Virus record (IMG/VR): IMGVR_UViG_3300009034_000018
Span: 1-64,000 of that record
Length of the DNA stretch: 64,000 nucleotides
Direction: 5' to 3' (one strand)
DNA from: a virus
The position numbers were made by a program, and so were the translations under genes. Below the pieces are notes generated by a model. That model was not told where the DNA came from and made no database searches. It saw only the letters and a program-made list of their open reading frames with translations. Shown here piece after piece: positions 27,723 to 38,500 of this stretch (position 1 is the stretch's first letter; every line of letters starts with the position of its first letter).

Positions 27723-28325
27723 TTAAGTCGTCAAATCTTCAATCATACTATTAGCTATTTTCATAATATGTTGTGATAATTTATTGCCACCAGTTTTCTT
27801 TATTACCATAGATACTTTTATAAGTTTTCTTATTTCTTCCATCATATCAAGAGAATAATGTAATATGTTATCATCAATTGTGGAATATGCCGCTATCGCT
27901 GGATCTAATCCGTCTTCAATTTTTTCTCGTAGTTCCGTATTAAATTTTTCTTCTTCTTTCGCAATTATATTTTGCACTTTCTTTTCAGCTAATTTAAAGA
28001 TTTTTGCATTACCTTTTGCATATTTTTCCCAACCACTATTTGGATTATTTATTGATTCAAGATATTCACGATGGCATTCTGTCCATATTTCTTGAGCAGT
28101 CATATTTTTTTTAAGAGATCTTTTTTGTCTATAACAATTTTTCCAGCATCTTCTGTTTCTAATCCAATATCCTTGAATCCCAACATATTGTGCTGTTTTT
28201 ATTTTTATGAGATTAGAGGATATTTTATCCAATTGAGAAGATAATTCAAATTGCTTTTTGTCATCTAAGTAATTTGCTATATTTACCAATTGTTTTATAA
28301 ACTTTCCAAATTTATTTTGTTTCAT
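27723..28325 (-). CDS. Hypothetical putative virion protein
   Basis: LVNIANYLD..., IKIKTAQYVG, RRCWKNCYRQK. Confidence 0.75.
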   Translation of the reverse strand: MKQNKFGKFIKQLVNIANYLDDKKQFELSSQLDKISSNLIKIKTAQYVGIQGYWIRNRRCWKNCYRQKRSLKKNMTAQEIWTECHREYLESINNPNSGWEKYAKGNAKIFKLAEKKVQNIIAKEEEKFNTELREKIEDGLDPAIAAYSTIDDNILHYSLDMMEEIRKLIKVSMVIKKTGGNKLSQHIMKIANSMIEDLTT

Positions 28326-28336
28326 GATTTAATTCC

Positions 28337-28888
28337 TTAGATCCATTGATCATGCGCTTTCCTGTTGCGTCTATTTCTTATTCTTTGTTTATATTCTTTT
28401 CTCCTTGGTGAAAAATTAAATTTTGGTGTAAACTGATCACCTTTAAATTCATATTTTTGCACATTTTCCAATCTAAAAGCTCTTATGCTTTCGATTGTTT
28501 CATCCCAAGTAACAAGAATACGCTTTAAAGTAGTTCTTGCCCAAAAATCTCCGTGAGGTTCTATATCTCTAATAATAAAAGTCCCATTCACGGTTATATA
28601 ATATATTCTAAGAACTTCTCTATTTTCTTTTGCCCATTGAAAAGCCTGAGACAATGTTCTAAACTCAGGGTATTCCTCTGGTTCTATTATTTCTTCTTCT
28701 ACTTCTGTTGGCACTTCTCCTTCTTTTTCTTCTATGGTATCTACCAGATAATCTTCATAAATATCATCTGGCGTAATAGTTTCTAATTCTGTACCAGGTG
28801 CATCTTCTCTTTCTTGAAACGGAAAAACATTATAAAGAGCAAATGGATAGAACATTTGAGCAATTTTTTTTGTGCGTATAACTTTCAT
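28337..28888 (-). CDS. WYL-domain protein
   Basis: LRIYY.T..G....RDIEPH...ILVTWD....IRAFRLENV. Confidence 0.7.
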   Translation of the reverse strand: MKVIRTKKIAQMFYPFALYNVFPFQEREDAPGTELETITPDDIYEDYLVDTIEEKEGEVPTEVEEEIIEPEEYPEFRTLSQAFQWAKENREVLRIYYITVNGTFIIRDIEPHGDFWARTTLKRILVTWDETIESIRAFRLENVQKYEFKGDQFTPKFNFSPRRKEYKQRIRNRRNRKAHDQWI

Positions 28889-29305
28889 TTAACTAAAAAT
28901 ATCCTTAAGACTTATATTAAAATCATCTTCACCAGGATTAAATATAACTATATCTGCGTTATCTTCATAATCTATTTTTACGGCATCACCCACTTTGATG
29001 CCATTTGAACGAAAATAGCCATCATTTGCTTCAATTGCCATTACACAATCTATATCACTACCTATAACAGAACAGGAATTTGGTTTGATTCTGCCTATTT
29101 TAACAATCTTGTTTTCAGAAGATATAAATGCTATATCTAAAGGTAGATAAGTATTTAGGCCCCAAAATTTTAAAATTTGAGGTTCATGAAATTTAAATAA
29201 CATGCCAGCATATCTTGGTAAATCTTTTCTGAACATTAATCCATTTCTTTGCTTGTATGGAGTATCCGCAATTTCAACATATAAAGTTTTTTTATTATTT
29301 GACAT
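28889..29305 (-). CDS. DUF192 family protein
   Basis: VEIADT...R..GLMFR..LP...GMLF.F...FW..NT.LPLDIAFI. Confidence 0.9.
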   Translation of the reverse strand: MSNNKKTLYVEIADTPYKQRNGLMFRKDLPRYAGMLFKFHEPQILKFWGLNTYLPLDIAFISSENKIVKIGRIKPNSCSVIGSDIDCVMAIEANDGYFRSNGIKVGDAVKIDYEDNADIVIFNPGEDDFNISLKDIFS

Positions 29306-29775
29306 TATAAAATCCTATGTCTAATTCCGTTTCTTTCTAAGTCATATATAAAATTCTCTATTTCATCGTCTTGAACAATAAACAGAACATCATCATTATT
29401 GGAATCTTCTATTGTCGCAGTAGTATCATTGTAATTAGAATATTTATCAAACCATCGTTTCACTTTTTCTGGTGTAGTATCATCTACATAAGTTATTTTT
29501 TCTAAAATCTCCGGTTCTGGGCGCATCATATAAGACTCTTGGACACCAAATCGTTTAATCTGGTCTTCTGTCGCTTCATCTTTTGGCATTCTGCTAATGA
29601 GTATTCCATTAGAAGTAATTTCTACATATTCTTCTAATCGCGAATAGAATCTTATTCTTGTAGCTTCAAACTTTAGCATTTTTTTATAAAACGCATCATA
29701 CCAGAACAATTCGTTTTTAATAGGAACTTTTGCCAGCATTTTTCTTATTGGAGTATATACTAATATCTTTTTCAT
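29305..29775 (-). CDS. Hypothetical protein
   Basis: 156-aa ORF, translationally coupled to its neighbour. Confidence 0.7.
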   Translation of the reverse strand: MKKILVYTPIRKMLAKVPIKNELFWYDAFYKKMLKFEATRIRFYSRLEEYVEITSNGILISRMPKDEATEDQIKRFGVQESYMMRPEPEILEKITYVDDTTPEKVKRWFDKYSNYNDTTATIEDSNNDDVLFIVQDDEIENFIYDLERNGIRHRIL

Positions 29776-29778
29776 TTA

Positions 29779-30588
29779 TTATTTTATAATATTATTCCAC
29801 CAAGATTTCTCATGGCAACTATGGCTAACTTTAGAAGACTTTTTCTTGTTTGCACTTTCTTCAGCAGATTTTAAATCAACTGATTCATTGTCGTTTTTTC
29901 CAAATGCACAACGATTGTCACCTAATATCATAACTTTTAATATAGACGACCCTTTTTGTGTGATTGCTATGTTATCGCCAATACGATGAATAAAACCTTC
30001 TTCTTCCATATCATCTACATCTTTCAAATCAACAGATAACGGTTTTCTATAAACATTGTTATGAATTTTGTTTTGTTTGCTCTGCCAAATTTTATATAAT
30101 GATTGTGCTGCTTTTTCTCTCCTACTATTTTTACCATGCATAGAAGATAAGTTATCAATTAAAAAATCCAGCATCGACGTTTGGTTTTCTTTAACATCTT
30201 TTGTTTCATCAAATTTTAAGCCAGTAATCTTATATATATTATTTTTGGAATATTTTCTAAGATCAGTAAATTTTATATTAAAAACATTTTTTTTATATTT
30301 GTTTAAATATTTACCAAGAATTCTTTGTCCCCTAGAATCCATCGAGTGTATTATAACTGGTGTTTGTTGTGCAATTTTATCTTGATACATCTCCCATGCA
30401 ACATCTTCGCCATTTTGATTAGGATTGCCGAGATCCCTATCTAAAAAAATTAAATCATATTTTTCTTTTTTTAATTTATCACATGCATCATCGATTTCTG
30501 TTGCAATATGAATATTAGCATCATTAAAAATGTTTTTAAACCATTCTAATCGTTTTATATCATCTTCTAATATAAATATTTTAATCAT
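29779..30588 (-). CDS. Cyclic-phosphate-processing receiver-like domain fused to an uncharacterised C-terminal domain
   Basis: IFILEDD..R..WF, YDLIFLDRDLG, GEDVA, VIIHSMD..G. Confidence 0.75.
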   Translation of the reverse strand: MIKIFILEDDIKRLEWFKNIFNDANIHIATEIDDACDKLKKEKYDLIFLDRDLGNPNQNGEDVAWEMYQDKIAQQTPVIIHSMDSRGQRILGKYLNKYKKNVFNIKFTDLRKYSKNNIYKITGLKFDETKDVKENQTSMLDFLIDNLSSMHGKNSRREKAAQSLYKIWQSKQNKIHNNVYRKPLSVDLKDVDDMEEEGFIHRIGDNIAITQKGSSILKVMILGDNRCAFGKNDNESVDLKSAEESANKKKSSKVSHSCHEKSWWNNIIK

Positions 30589-31079
30589 AATTGTTTTTTT
30601 CTTGCCTTGAAAGAAACTCTAAAGTGTATTCTCCTTTTTTTATACCTTGCAACGCATCGATAAATTCTTTTCTTTTTTATTTGTTTTTTTCTACTATAAT
30701 TATTATATAATCCAGCCAGGTTATAGATTTCTTCGGCAGAATATTTTTTTAACTCAGTATATATCATCATATATACTTTTTTCTTATATTTAATTAAATG
30801 TCTCAACATTCTTCTTCTTCCTCTTGGATTCTTAGAATGTAATATTATCGGAGTTAATAAGGCCATTTTTTGGTATTTCATTTCTTTTGCCAGATGCTCT
30901 CCATGTTGGTCTTTTTTTTCTAAGTCTCTATCTAAAAAAATTAAGTCAAATCGTCTTTTACTTATATGTCGTATCGCTTCTTCTATGTTGTCAGTGACAA
31001 AGATATAATCATTTTTAAAGGTTTTTCTAAACCATTTAATTCTGTCTTTATTATCTTCTAATATAAAAATTTTAAACAC
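30585..31079 (-). CDS. Cyclic-phosphate-processing receiver-like domain protein with basic tail
   Basis: IFILEDN..R..WF, FDLIFLDRDL, GEHLA, IILHSKNPRG. Confidence 0.75.
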   Translation of the reverse strand: MFKIFILEDNKDRIKWFRKTFKNDYIFVTDNIEEAIRHISKRRFDLIFLDRDLEKKDQHGEHLAKEMKYQKMALLTPIILHSKNPRGRRRMLRHLIKYKKKVYMMIYTELKKYSAEEIYNLAGLYNNYSRKKQIKKKRIYRCVARYKKRRIHFRVSFKARKKQL

Positions 31080-31172
31080 ATCACTCTCCTGGAATAATAT
31101 ATTTCTTATATTTTTAGTTTATTCCTTGTTATGGCCATCTAGAAAGTATATGTCTCTTTTATTTGCCAAAAG

Positions 31173-31862
31173 TCATCTGTCTATTCCTTCCTGCATTTGA
31201 TCATTATTTTGCAAAAAATGACTTTCGGCATGACAATTCTTGCAAAGGACAATATATTTTCTTATTTCATTTAGAATTTTATTTGTTCCATATTTTTGAC
31301 TAATCAAATGATATATAGATTCGTTTTTATTCTCAGTATTTTTATGATGAAAATCTAAACAATAAAATCTATCTTCCCCGCATTTTTCGCATTTTAATTT
31401 TTGTTTATATTTTATGATCCAATTACGTTTTATTTTACTTCTAAATCTATCTTTTAGATTAATTTTATTCTTATGTCTCTTCCTATATTGTTTCGCATTT
31501 TGACGATTTTTCTTTTTATTTGGTTTTTTGAAATGTTTGTTATAATACTTTTTTAATGATATTCGCCTACGTCTTATTTTTTCTTTTTGTATGCATTCTT
31601 CATCCAAACAACATTGAGCTACATATCTTTGATCATATTTGCATTGTTTTTTGCAATGTCGGCAAATTAAACTTTTCACATATCTCTCATGCTGTTTTTC
31701 GTTTTGCCTTTTTTTAATACCGTTTTTATAGCATTGATTAGAACAATATTTTCTATGTTTTGCTGATGATATAAAAGTTTTTTCGCAAAAAAGACATTTT
31801 ACATAGTCAGACGGATCATAAGCAATTTCGGGATCATAAAAATTATTCTCTTTTAATTTCAT
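31173..31862 (-). CDS. HNH endonuclease (free-standing homing endonuclease-like)
   Basis: CLFC..YCSNQC; CEKCGE...LDFHH...LCKNCHAESH. Confidence 0.85.
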   Translation of the reverse strand: MKLKENNFYDPEIAYDPSDYVKCLFCEKTFISSAKHRKYCSNQCYKNGIKKRQNEKQHERYVKSLICRHCKKQCKYDQRYVAQCCLDEECIQKEKIRRRRISLKKYYNKHFKKPNKKKNRQNAKQYRKRHKNKINLKDRFRSKIKRNWIIKYKQKLKCEKCGEDRFYCLDFHHKNTENKNESIYHLISQKYGTNKILNEIRKYIVLCKNCHAESHFLQNNDQMQEGIDR

Positions 31863-31994
31863 TATACCTCTTCAATATATAATAAGTTTCTTATTATCGT
31901 ATCGGGAAAATTAGACTATTTTTTGTATTAAAAAAGTAATTTTTTTTTCAGATATGTTTTACAATTCAGATAACAAGTCTATTGCCAAATTTCG

Positions 31995-32810
31995 TTATAC
32001 CCATTTGGAAAGTGTGTGCCTGCTTGGATATGGAGAATCATAATTTTTTGACGTCCAGCTAAAGGGTTCGTTTCTCATTTCCCTCCAATAATGCCCTTCG
32101 CCGACTCGCCCATATGGATCATTATAATTATAAAATCCTTGTCTATATCTTCGTTGATGCTTTTTATCTCTTTCTCGCCCAGTCATTTCTTCTGCAATAT
32201 CGGACCATGGATATCTTCTTTCTAATATAGGCAGATCAAGATTAGCCCATGGACCAGAAATACCCCTAGCTGTTTTGATAGGAATGTCGGAAATTCTTTT
32301 ATAACCAAATCTAATAAAATTTAGCATAGATCTAAGATATGCCAATCTTGATATGTTTCTAAATACCCAGTCTAAACCTATTTTGTAATCTGGAACGAGT
32401 AGAATAACATCTATTGAAAATTGGGTATAATCTTTGTTAAGAGATTCTCTAATTGTTTGTGTAACTTTGTTTTCTAGTTCCTCGTTCTCGAAATCAAAAT
32501 TTTTTGTTAAAAACGATGCAAAATTTAATAGATCTTTTATGGTATTTATAAATAATCTAATAGTTATATCGTCCAATGGCGGTTTTTCATAAACCGGTTG
32601 TTCGCTTTCTAATAAATTCAAAAGTTCAACCCACAACTCTTCAAAAATTTTTCCATTATGGATTGTTCTTTTTTTAATACTACCAAGAATATTTCTAATC
32701 GGTAGTTTTATAAATTTTTTATCGTATAGGATAGAACATGTGCCAGAATCAATTAACTTGATACCATGTATGGCAAGTTCTTTAACAAGTATGTCCCATG
32801 TATTTTCCAT
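31995..32810 (-). CDS. Hypothetical putative virion protein
   Basis: 271-aa ORF; IPIKTARG motif precedes an aromatic-rich C-terminal region. Confidence 0.7.
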   Translation of the reverse strand: MENTWDILVKELAIHGIKLIDSGTCSILYDKKFIKLPIRNILGSIKKRTIHNGKIFEELWVELLNLLESEQPVYEKPPLDDITIRLFINTIKDLLNFASFLTKNFDFENEELENKVTQTIRESLNKDYTQFSIDVILLVPDYKIGLDWVFRNISRLAYLRSMLNFIRFGYKRISDIPIKTARGISGPWANLDLPILERRYPWSDIAEEMTGRERDKKHQRRYRQGFYNYNDPYGRVGEGHYWREMRNEPFSWTSKNYDSPYPSRHTLSKWV

Positions 32811-32817
32811 AATTTGT

Positions 32818-33567
32818 TTATGCTGGCATATGTTCGTATTCTTGTTCCTTCCATCGTTTCCTTTCTTTCTCTCTTTCTTTTTTACTTTTATTCTGATGTA
32901 AATTTATGGGTTCCCCATCCTTATTAAATCCATGAATTTTATATAAATTTACAAATCTTTCGTTTTCTGTTGGCATTAACTCTGCCATTTTTATCTGAGT
33001 GTCAATTTTTGCTTCCCTGATACCAATCGTTATGTGAAAATCATGTCCTTTATCCAAATAAGTTGGTGGCAGATTATATTTCTTTCTTATTTTTTTAATT
33101 TCTGGTACATCTACGGCAACAAACCATACTCTGTTTACCTCATCCCAACTAGCAGGATTTGTAGAATACATTTCCTTTAATCCGAATTCAATCTCTTTCC
33201 CAATTTCATCAATTTTTATATCATCTGTTATTTCTTCGTTAGAAATAGCAGAAATATGAGCGCCTATTTTATCATCACCCTTACCAAAATATGGTGGTTC
33301 TTTTGCATTATCATCTTTATCTATCAACGGAAAAAGTCCATGTATAATACTATCGTTAATATCGATATATACGAAATCATCATCTGTTTGTTTTAGTTTG
33401 CCTTTTAGTTTTTCTTTTTTCAATCTAGCAGCTTCTTTATGTAACGGTCCAAAATCCATATTAGCAAGCATTAATGTAACATGGTCAAATGGTTCAAGTA
33501 AGCTCCAGTGTCTTTTCAAAGATTTTTTGTTTCTTCTTTTTGCTTTTTTGGATTTAAGGACTTTCAT
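32818..33567 (-). CDS. 2H phosphoesterase family protein
   Basis: Paired H-x-[ST] motifs GAHISAI and DFHITIG; FVYIDI..PPYF. Confidence 0.75.
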   Translation of the reverse strand: MKVLKSKKAKRRNKKSLKRHWSLLEPFDHVTLMLANMDFGPLHKEAARLKKEKLKGKLKQTDDDFVYIDINDSIIHGLFPLIDKDDNAKEPPYFGKGDDKIGAHISAISNEEITDDIKIDEIGKEIEFGLKEMYSTNPASWDEVNRVWFVAVDVPEIKKIRKKYNLPPTYLDKGHDFHITIGIREAKIDTQIKMAELMPTENERFVNLYKIHGFNKDGEPINLHQNKSKKEREKERKRWKEQEYEHMPA

Positions 33568-34268
33568 TACCCCACTTCCTCATTAATGCCAGCCAATTTT
33601 TTCTTCAAAATAGGATGCTTTTTGATTCTCTCTACCTTCTGTTCTTCGTCAACAAAACTAACAGTTTCTTCTTTCTTATCATAAATTACTTTTGGCATCG
33701 GCAAAGATTTTTTAGCAACCTTCTTCGTGGTTTTCTTTTTGCCTTTCTTGGTTGATTTTTTGTCTTTGCCTTTTGCTGCAGACTTATTTTTTGGTGGGCG
33801 ACCTCTTCGTTTCGCGGTTTTTTCAGACTTTTTGTCATCGACTTTATCAAAATCTATGTCATCACCTTGTAATACATCTAATTTAGAACTATTCAATTGT
33901 TGTAACGCTTTCTTGGCACCTTCTGTTCTTGCATCCAATAATTTTTTCTCATTTCCGTCCCAGACAACGGGAGTAGTTGGTGTGTCATAATCCGAAGGAT
34001 CTATATCTTTTGATTCAGTCGGTTTGAGTTCGAGTTCATCATCATCATTATCATCTAATTCTACTTCTATTTCAATTTCTTCTGCTTCTTCATCTGTTTT
34101 TTCTTCTGTTAGTAATTGTTTTGCCAAACAGACCTTGATAGATGAATGCTGAAAATCTTCGTCTGACAATATAATAGTCATACCAGCCTTTAAAGTTCTA
34201 TTTCCTAACATTTGAAGAACTAATTCGCCTCGAAAATCGTCATTTACCTTTAATACATGATTAGCCAT
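33567..34268 (-). CDS. Hypothetical protein with AT-hook and Lys-rich (H1-like) segment
   Basis: KRRGRPPK followed by KKSTKKGKKKTTKKVAKK. Confidence 0.65.
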   Translation of the reverse strand: MANHVLKVNDDFRGELVLQMLGNRTLKAGMTIILSDEDFQHSSIKVCLAKQLLTEEKTDEEAEEIEIEVELDDNDDDELELKPTESKDIDPSDYDTPTTPVVWDGNEKKLLDARTEGAKKALQQLNSSKLDVLQGDDIDFDKVDDKKSEKTAKRRGRPPKNKSAAKGKDKKSTKKGKKKTTKKVAKKSLPMPKVIYDKKEETVSFVDEEQKVERIKKHPILKKKLAGINEEVG

Positions 34269-34776
34269 TATATACTCCTTTCACTCTGTTTTTTAACTTC
34301 ATAAATAAATTTTTATGTGCCCTGTTTCTAACTTTTTCTCCTAAATTATCATTCATATTATGTACGCCGCGTGGATCATCGCCGAATACCTCTTTATCAG
34401 TCGGAATTTTATCCCTATAATCTGTAAATTCTTGTTTGTCTGGATCAAGACCAGTTCCTGTTCCTTTCATTGTTTCATCGTGATCACCGACAAACATAGA
34501 ATCATATTTTGGAATATCTCTCTTTCTTTGTCTATTAAATTGATCAGATTTAGAGCTAAACCCACGCGGATATCCTTTTCTCGCTGTTGTCCCACCCATC
34601 GATGCTGATCCACTCCCCATATCTCCTGCTCTTACTCTATATGTTATACCTGTACTATTTTGTTCAAGACCGGGTTCAGAATGATCATAAGGATTTTGTG
34701 GCAAATTCATTCTTTCTATATTGCCTCTAATAGCAAGTACAATATTTTTTGCTTTTTTAGTCTGTATTGTCTTCAT
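34261..34776 (-). CDS. Hypothetical protein
   Basis: 171-aa ORF overlapping its neighbours. Confidence 0.7.
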   Translation of the reverse strand: MKTIQTKKAKNIVLAIRGNIERMNLPQNPYDHSEPGLEQNSTGITYRVRAGDMGSGSASMGGTTARKGYPRGFSSKSDQFNRQRKRDIPKYDSMFVGDHDETMKGTGTGLDPDKQEFTDYRDKIPTDKEVFGDDPRGVHNMNDNLGEKVRNRAHKNLFMKLKNRVKGVYNG

Positions 34777-35452
34777 TGTTTTCTGTAGAAGCGAGATTAA
34801 CAGAAAGGGCTTTTAGTAATTCTGTTTTACCGGAGTCAATTTCTTTTATGGCTTTTTCTTCCTGCTCACTTAAAGACCTTAATTCTGATTTCGCAGTTCT
34901 ATGGATATGATATAACATGGCATCTGCATCTTTTATAGAATTCATAATTTCTTCAACTTTTGGACTTATAGCTGGATTCTCAGCCCTAAATTCTTCTCTA
35001 TTGTCAAAATTCGAAAGAATTTGACTTGGTTGATCATTATCAACTATTTTCGTTACTTGGTCTTTTGGAATTTGAGTTCCAACGTAACCTTCCCAAAATC
35101 TTTTTTCTCTTTTATCAGAGTTGTCAGCTTTTACAAATTCATCAATCTCATCTTGTTCTGTTTTTTTGAACATATCCATTAATGGAGCGCCTTCTGCCCC
35201 ATGATATTTTTGTTCATTATCTTTGAATTGGCCTTCTGTATTTTTATGTGGAGAATATGTTCTGGCGTTCTCCAATTGTTTTTCATAGATTCTATTATCG
35301 TCTTCATTTTTTCTATCGTCATGCAATAATTTGTCATATATTTTGTTTTCTACTTGTTCTATTCCAACTTTCTTGTCGTTATCATCTAGCCTTTTTTCAT
35401 ATGGTTTTACAACTGTTTTTACAGAATGCTTTTTCAGATTAAATTTTGACAT
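34757..35452 (-). CDS. Hypothetical putative virion protein
   Basis: Start reassigned to MSKFNLKKHS (GGAG SD); YEKRL/YDKLL/YEKQL repeats. Confidence 0.7.
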   Translation of the reverse strand: MSKFNLKKHSVKTVVKPYEKRLDDNDKKVGIEQVENKIYDKLLHDDRKNEDDNRIYEKQLENARTYSPHKNTEGQFKDNEQKYHGAEGAPLMDMFKKTEQDEIDEFVKADNSDKREKRFWEGYVGTQIPKDQVTKIVDNDQPSQILSNFDNREEFRAENPAISPKVEEIMNSIKDADAMLYHIHRTAKSELRSLSEQEEKAIKEIDSGKTELLKALSVNLASTENNEDNTD

Positions 35453-35532
35453 TTTTATTCTCCATAAATCTATTATGAATATACCATATCTATAAACATA
35501 CACTAATATTATATATCATAATTTGCTTTAAA

Positions 35533-38500
35533 TTACCTTCTTTGTGAATCTGGCCAAGAACGAATTCTTTCCAATGCAGCAGATACTTGCTGTCCTGTAC
35601 CATATCCAAGTTGTCCAGACATTGATCGCCACATTCTGCTATTTGACATCGGAGAGACACCGATATTAACTAATTTTCCGCGTGGAAAAGAATTTGCTGT
35701 CATATTAATTACATTATAGCATGCACCAGCTAATGCGTCACAATTATGAGAATTTATACTTCCGGATACATAGGAATTATTTCTCTGTACGGCTAAATTA
35801 ACCACGAAATTTCTATAATTTGATATCTCTAATTTTTTAATGTTACAAGCTACATAATTATTAAAAAAGATATATCGTGGTTTATGATATTTGCTTTGTT
35901 TCTTTCGTAAATCTAGATTAAAAATATTAGACAATATATTAAACGATTTAGCATCAGTTATTCTAACATTATATAAATCAGAATTATGTTTTGCTAATCT
36001 TCCACGTATTCTTATGATTTTGTTTTTTCTTTTCGAACAGCTAATACTTGAAATAACCTTAAATCTTAAAAGTATCTGTTGTATTTGATGCGCCAAATAT
36101 TCAGATGTAGTTGTAAAACTTATACAAGATTCATTATGAGAGCCATCGCCATCAAACATGCCATTTAATAATCCTTTTTGAAAATTATGCTTAGCAACCA
36201 TAAACATATTAGGTATATATTTATCTGTAGCTTTTTTTCTTTTGAACAAATATATAAACATATTTTTAAGAATTTGACTATTTATGTAATAGTTTATTCC
36301 TTTACTTTGTGTATCAGATAGATATCTTTTCGTGGCATCAATCCCAAACTCATCATTGGATATTTGTTTTATTTTATTGTATATGTCGGGTTCTTCTATA
36401 TTCCCCGCAAAATTTATACTATGATCTCCGATAGAACCTTCTGCTATAAAAAGTCCATATATATATCCTAGATTATAAGAAGGTGTTATAATTCTTTTAT
36501 GCCATTTGCCATTAGCATTTTTACATCTTATATGGGCTATCTTTAGCCAATCATCACATTTTTGATGTTTTCTGTTTTCTGTATCTACAAAATCGATTAG
36601 ATCCAAATAAAAATCTTTTTGTTCTTTATTAAAAGTTTTTATTACTTTATCTGTTTTTACATTTATGTTTTGTATCGACTCCCATTTTTTTTCTCCATTC
36701 CTCAGAATTTCGACTTGATGATTATCAGTAGCAATCAAAGAAAAACCATAGTAAGGTTGTAGATTATAGATTTTTTGTTTTGCCTTTGGAAAATGACATG
36801 ATTTGTCTGTAATTTTTTTGAATTTTCCCTTATGCGTTAAGACTTTCTCCCCAGGAAAAACATCGACAATTTTTTTAGGGCCATCTTCAGTAAAAATAAT
36901 AGTATCCGGGTGTACACATATATCATCAGTATCAACAGGTCCATCTGGTTTTGGTAATCGTCTATATCCATTTAAAGTTGGTTTTCTTTGCAAATTTTTT
37001 AATTCTTTAATTAAAAGATCATGGTATGGCATAACTAATTTTTCACCGATAATAAGATTATATAATTCGTCATAAATGGTCATAATGTATTTATTATTAA
37101 ATTTGGTACATTTTGATGGGATCCCGAATTTCTTCAATTTTTCGATACTATCGGTACTATTCCATTGATCATATGTTACCATTCCAAAAAAGAATTTATT
37201 TCTGAGAGAAATAACATATTCATCTACTTCGTCAGTCTTAATTGGTTTTCCGATGGATGGTTGCCAGTATTTAATATGATCTACAACAATTCTATAATCT
37301 ACTGATTTTGTGTCTTTATTTAAAAAAGTTTCCTTATGGACTATGACTAATGCATAATTATGGCTTGTACTCGCTGGATCTAAATGAGCAAAATAAATAA
37401 TACCTGGTCGCCCGATGTCTACAAATTTTTTTCCACGTCCCTGACTAGCCATTTTTTCTATACATCCTAACGGAAAAAAGCTGCGTCCTGCTAAACCAGA
37501 AAATTCTGCTCCATATTCTTGCATGAATCTTTCATCAGACAAGTCAGAAGTTTCTCTTAAATCCTGTTTTGTCAAAGATGGGGTTACTTTCCATGTTGGT
37601 AATCTACATGATACTCTATTATTTTTATCTGGCGATTCATTATATAAGCGATATAGTTTTCCTTCTTTTCCCATCGGGGACGAAATACATACTATTTTGC
37701 CGTCAAATATTTTTCTTTCTTTTTTGTCTCCGTTTTCGTCTTTTTCGACTATTGTTCTAAAAAATGTATTTACTGATGGTTCCAATGCTGTATATAGATT
37801 TTCATCAGATGATGACCCGCTTATTGATGTATATGATGCGATTTCATCAAATAATAATACAAATATAGATTTGCCACGAAGCGTACTCGAATTGCTATGA
37901 CCGACTTCTATCTTTATAGAACCTTTTTTTTCTGATACTTTTTTCTTTTTTCTTTTTTGATTATCTTTTCTGTCTTGTGGTGTCAATAAATAAATATAAT
38001 CAGAACCTATGCCTTCTGCTTTAAATTTATCAGAAAAATATTTGCTATTAAGAAGTTTTTCGCTGATTTCGCGGAAAGCAAGACGAGCCTGGTCTGATGA
38101 CATAGCAACGGTCAAAATTGATATTTCTGCTCCACTTCCTAAATTATAAAACTTATATGGATCACCACCGGAAATTTCAAGTAGTCGCATTGCTTCGTAT
38201 AAAGCTATGATAGAGAATAAGAATGTCTTACCTGATCGTCTTCCCCATACTAAAACTAATTCTCTAAATACATTGTCAGTGTAATATTTATCAAGAGCAT
38301 CCCCATATTCATTAGTATCAAGACCGCATTCCTTACATAATTGTATTTCTTCTTCTGTTAATTCTAATGTTTCGTTGCCAATAGAGCCTCGATAAAATAT
38401 TTTCAAAATAATACGCTGCATGGGATACAGATCAAAAATTATATTCCCTTCGGAATCATATTTTTTGAGACCTAAATATTCTGGACTTTCACAAAATTCA

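Noticed and set aside
29779-31079. Two-component response regulators
   Set aside because: No histidine kinase or output domain, and the DRDL/HS motifs fit the cyclic-phosphate-processing receiver clade better
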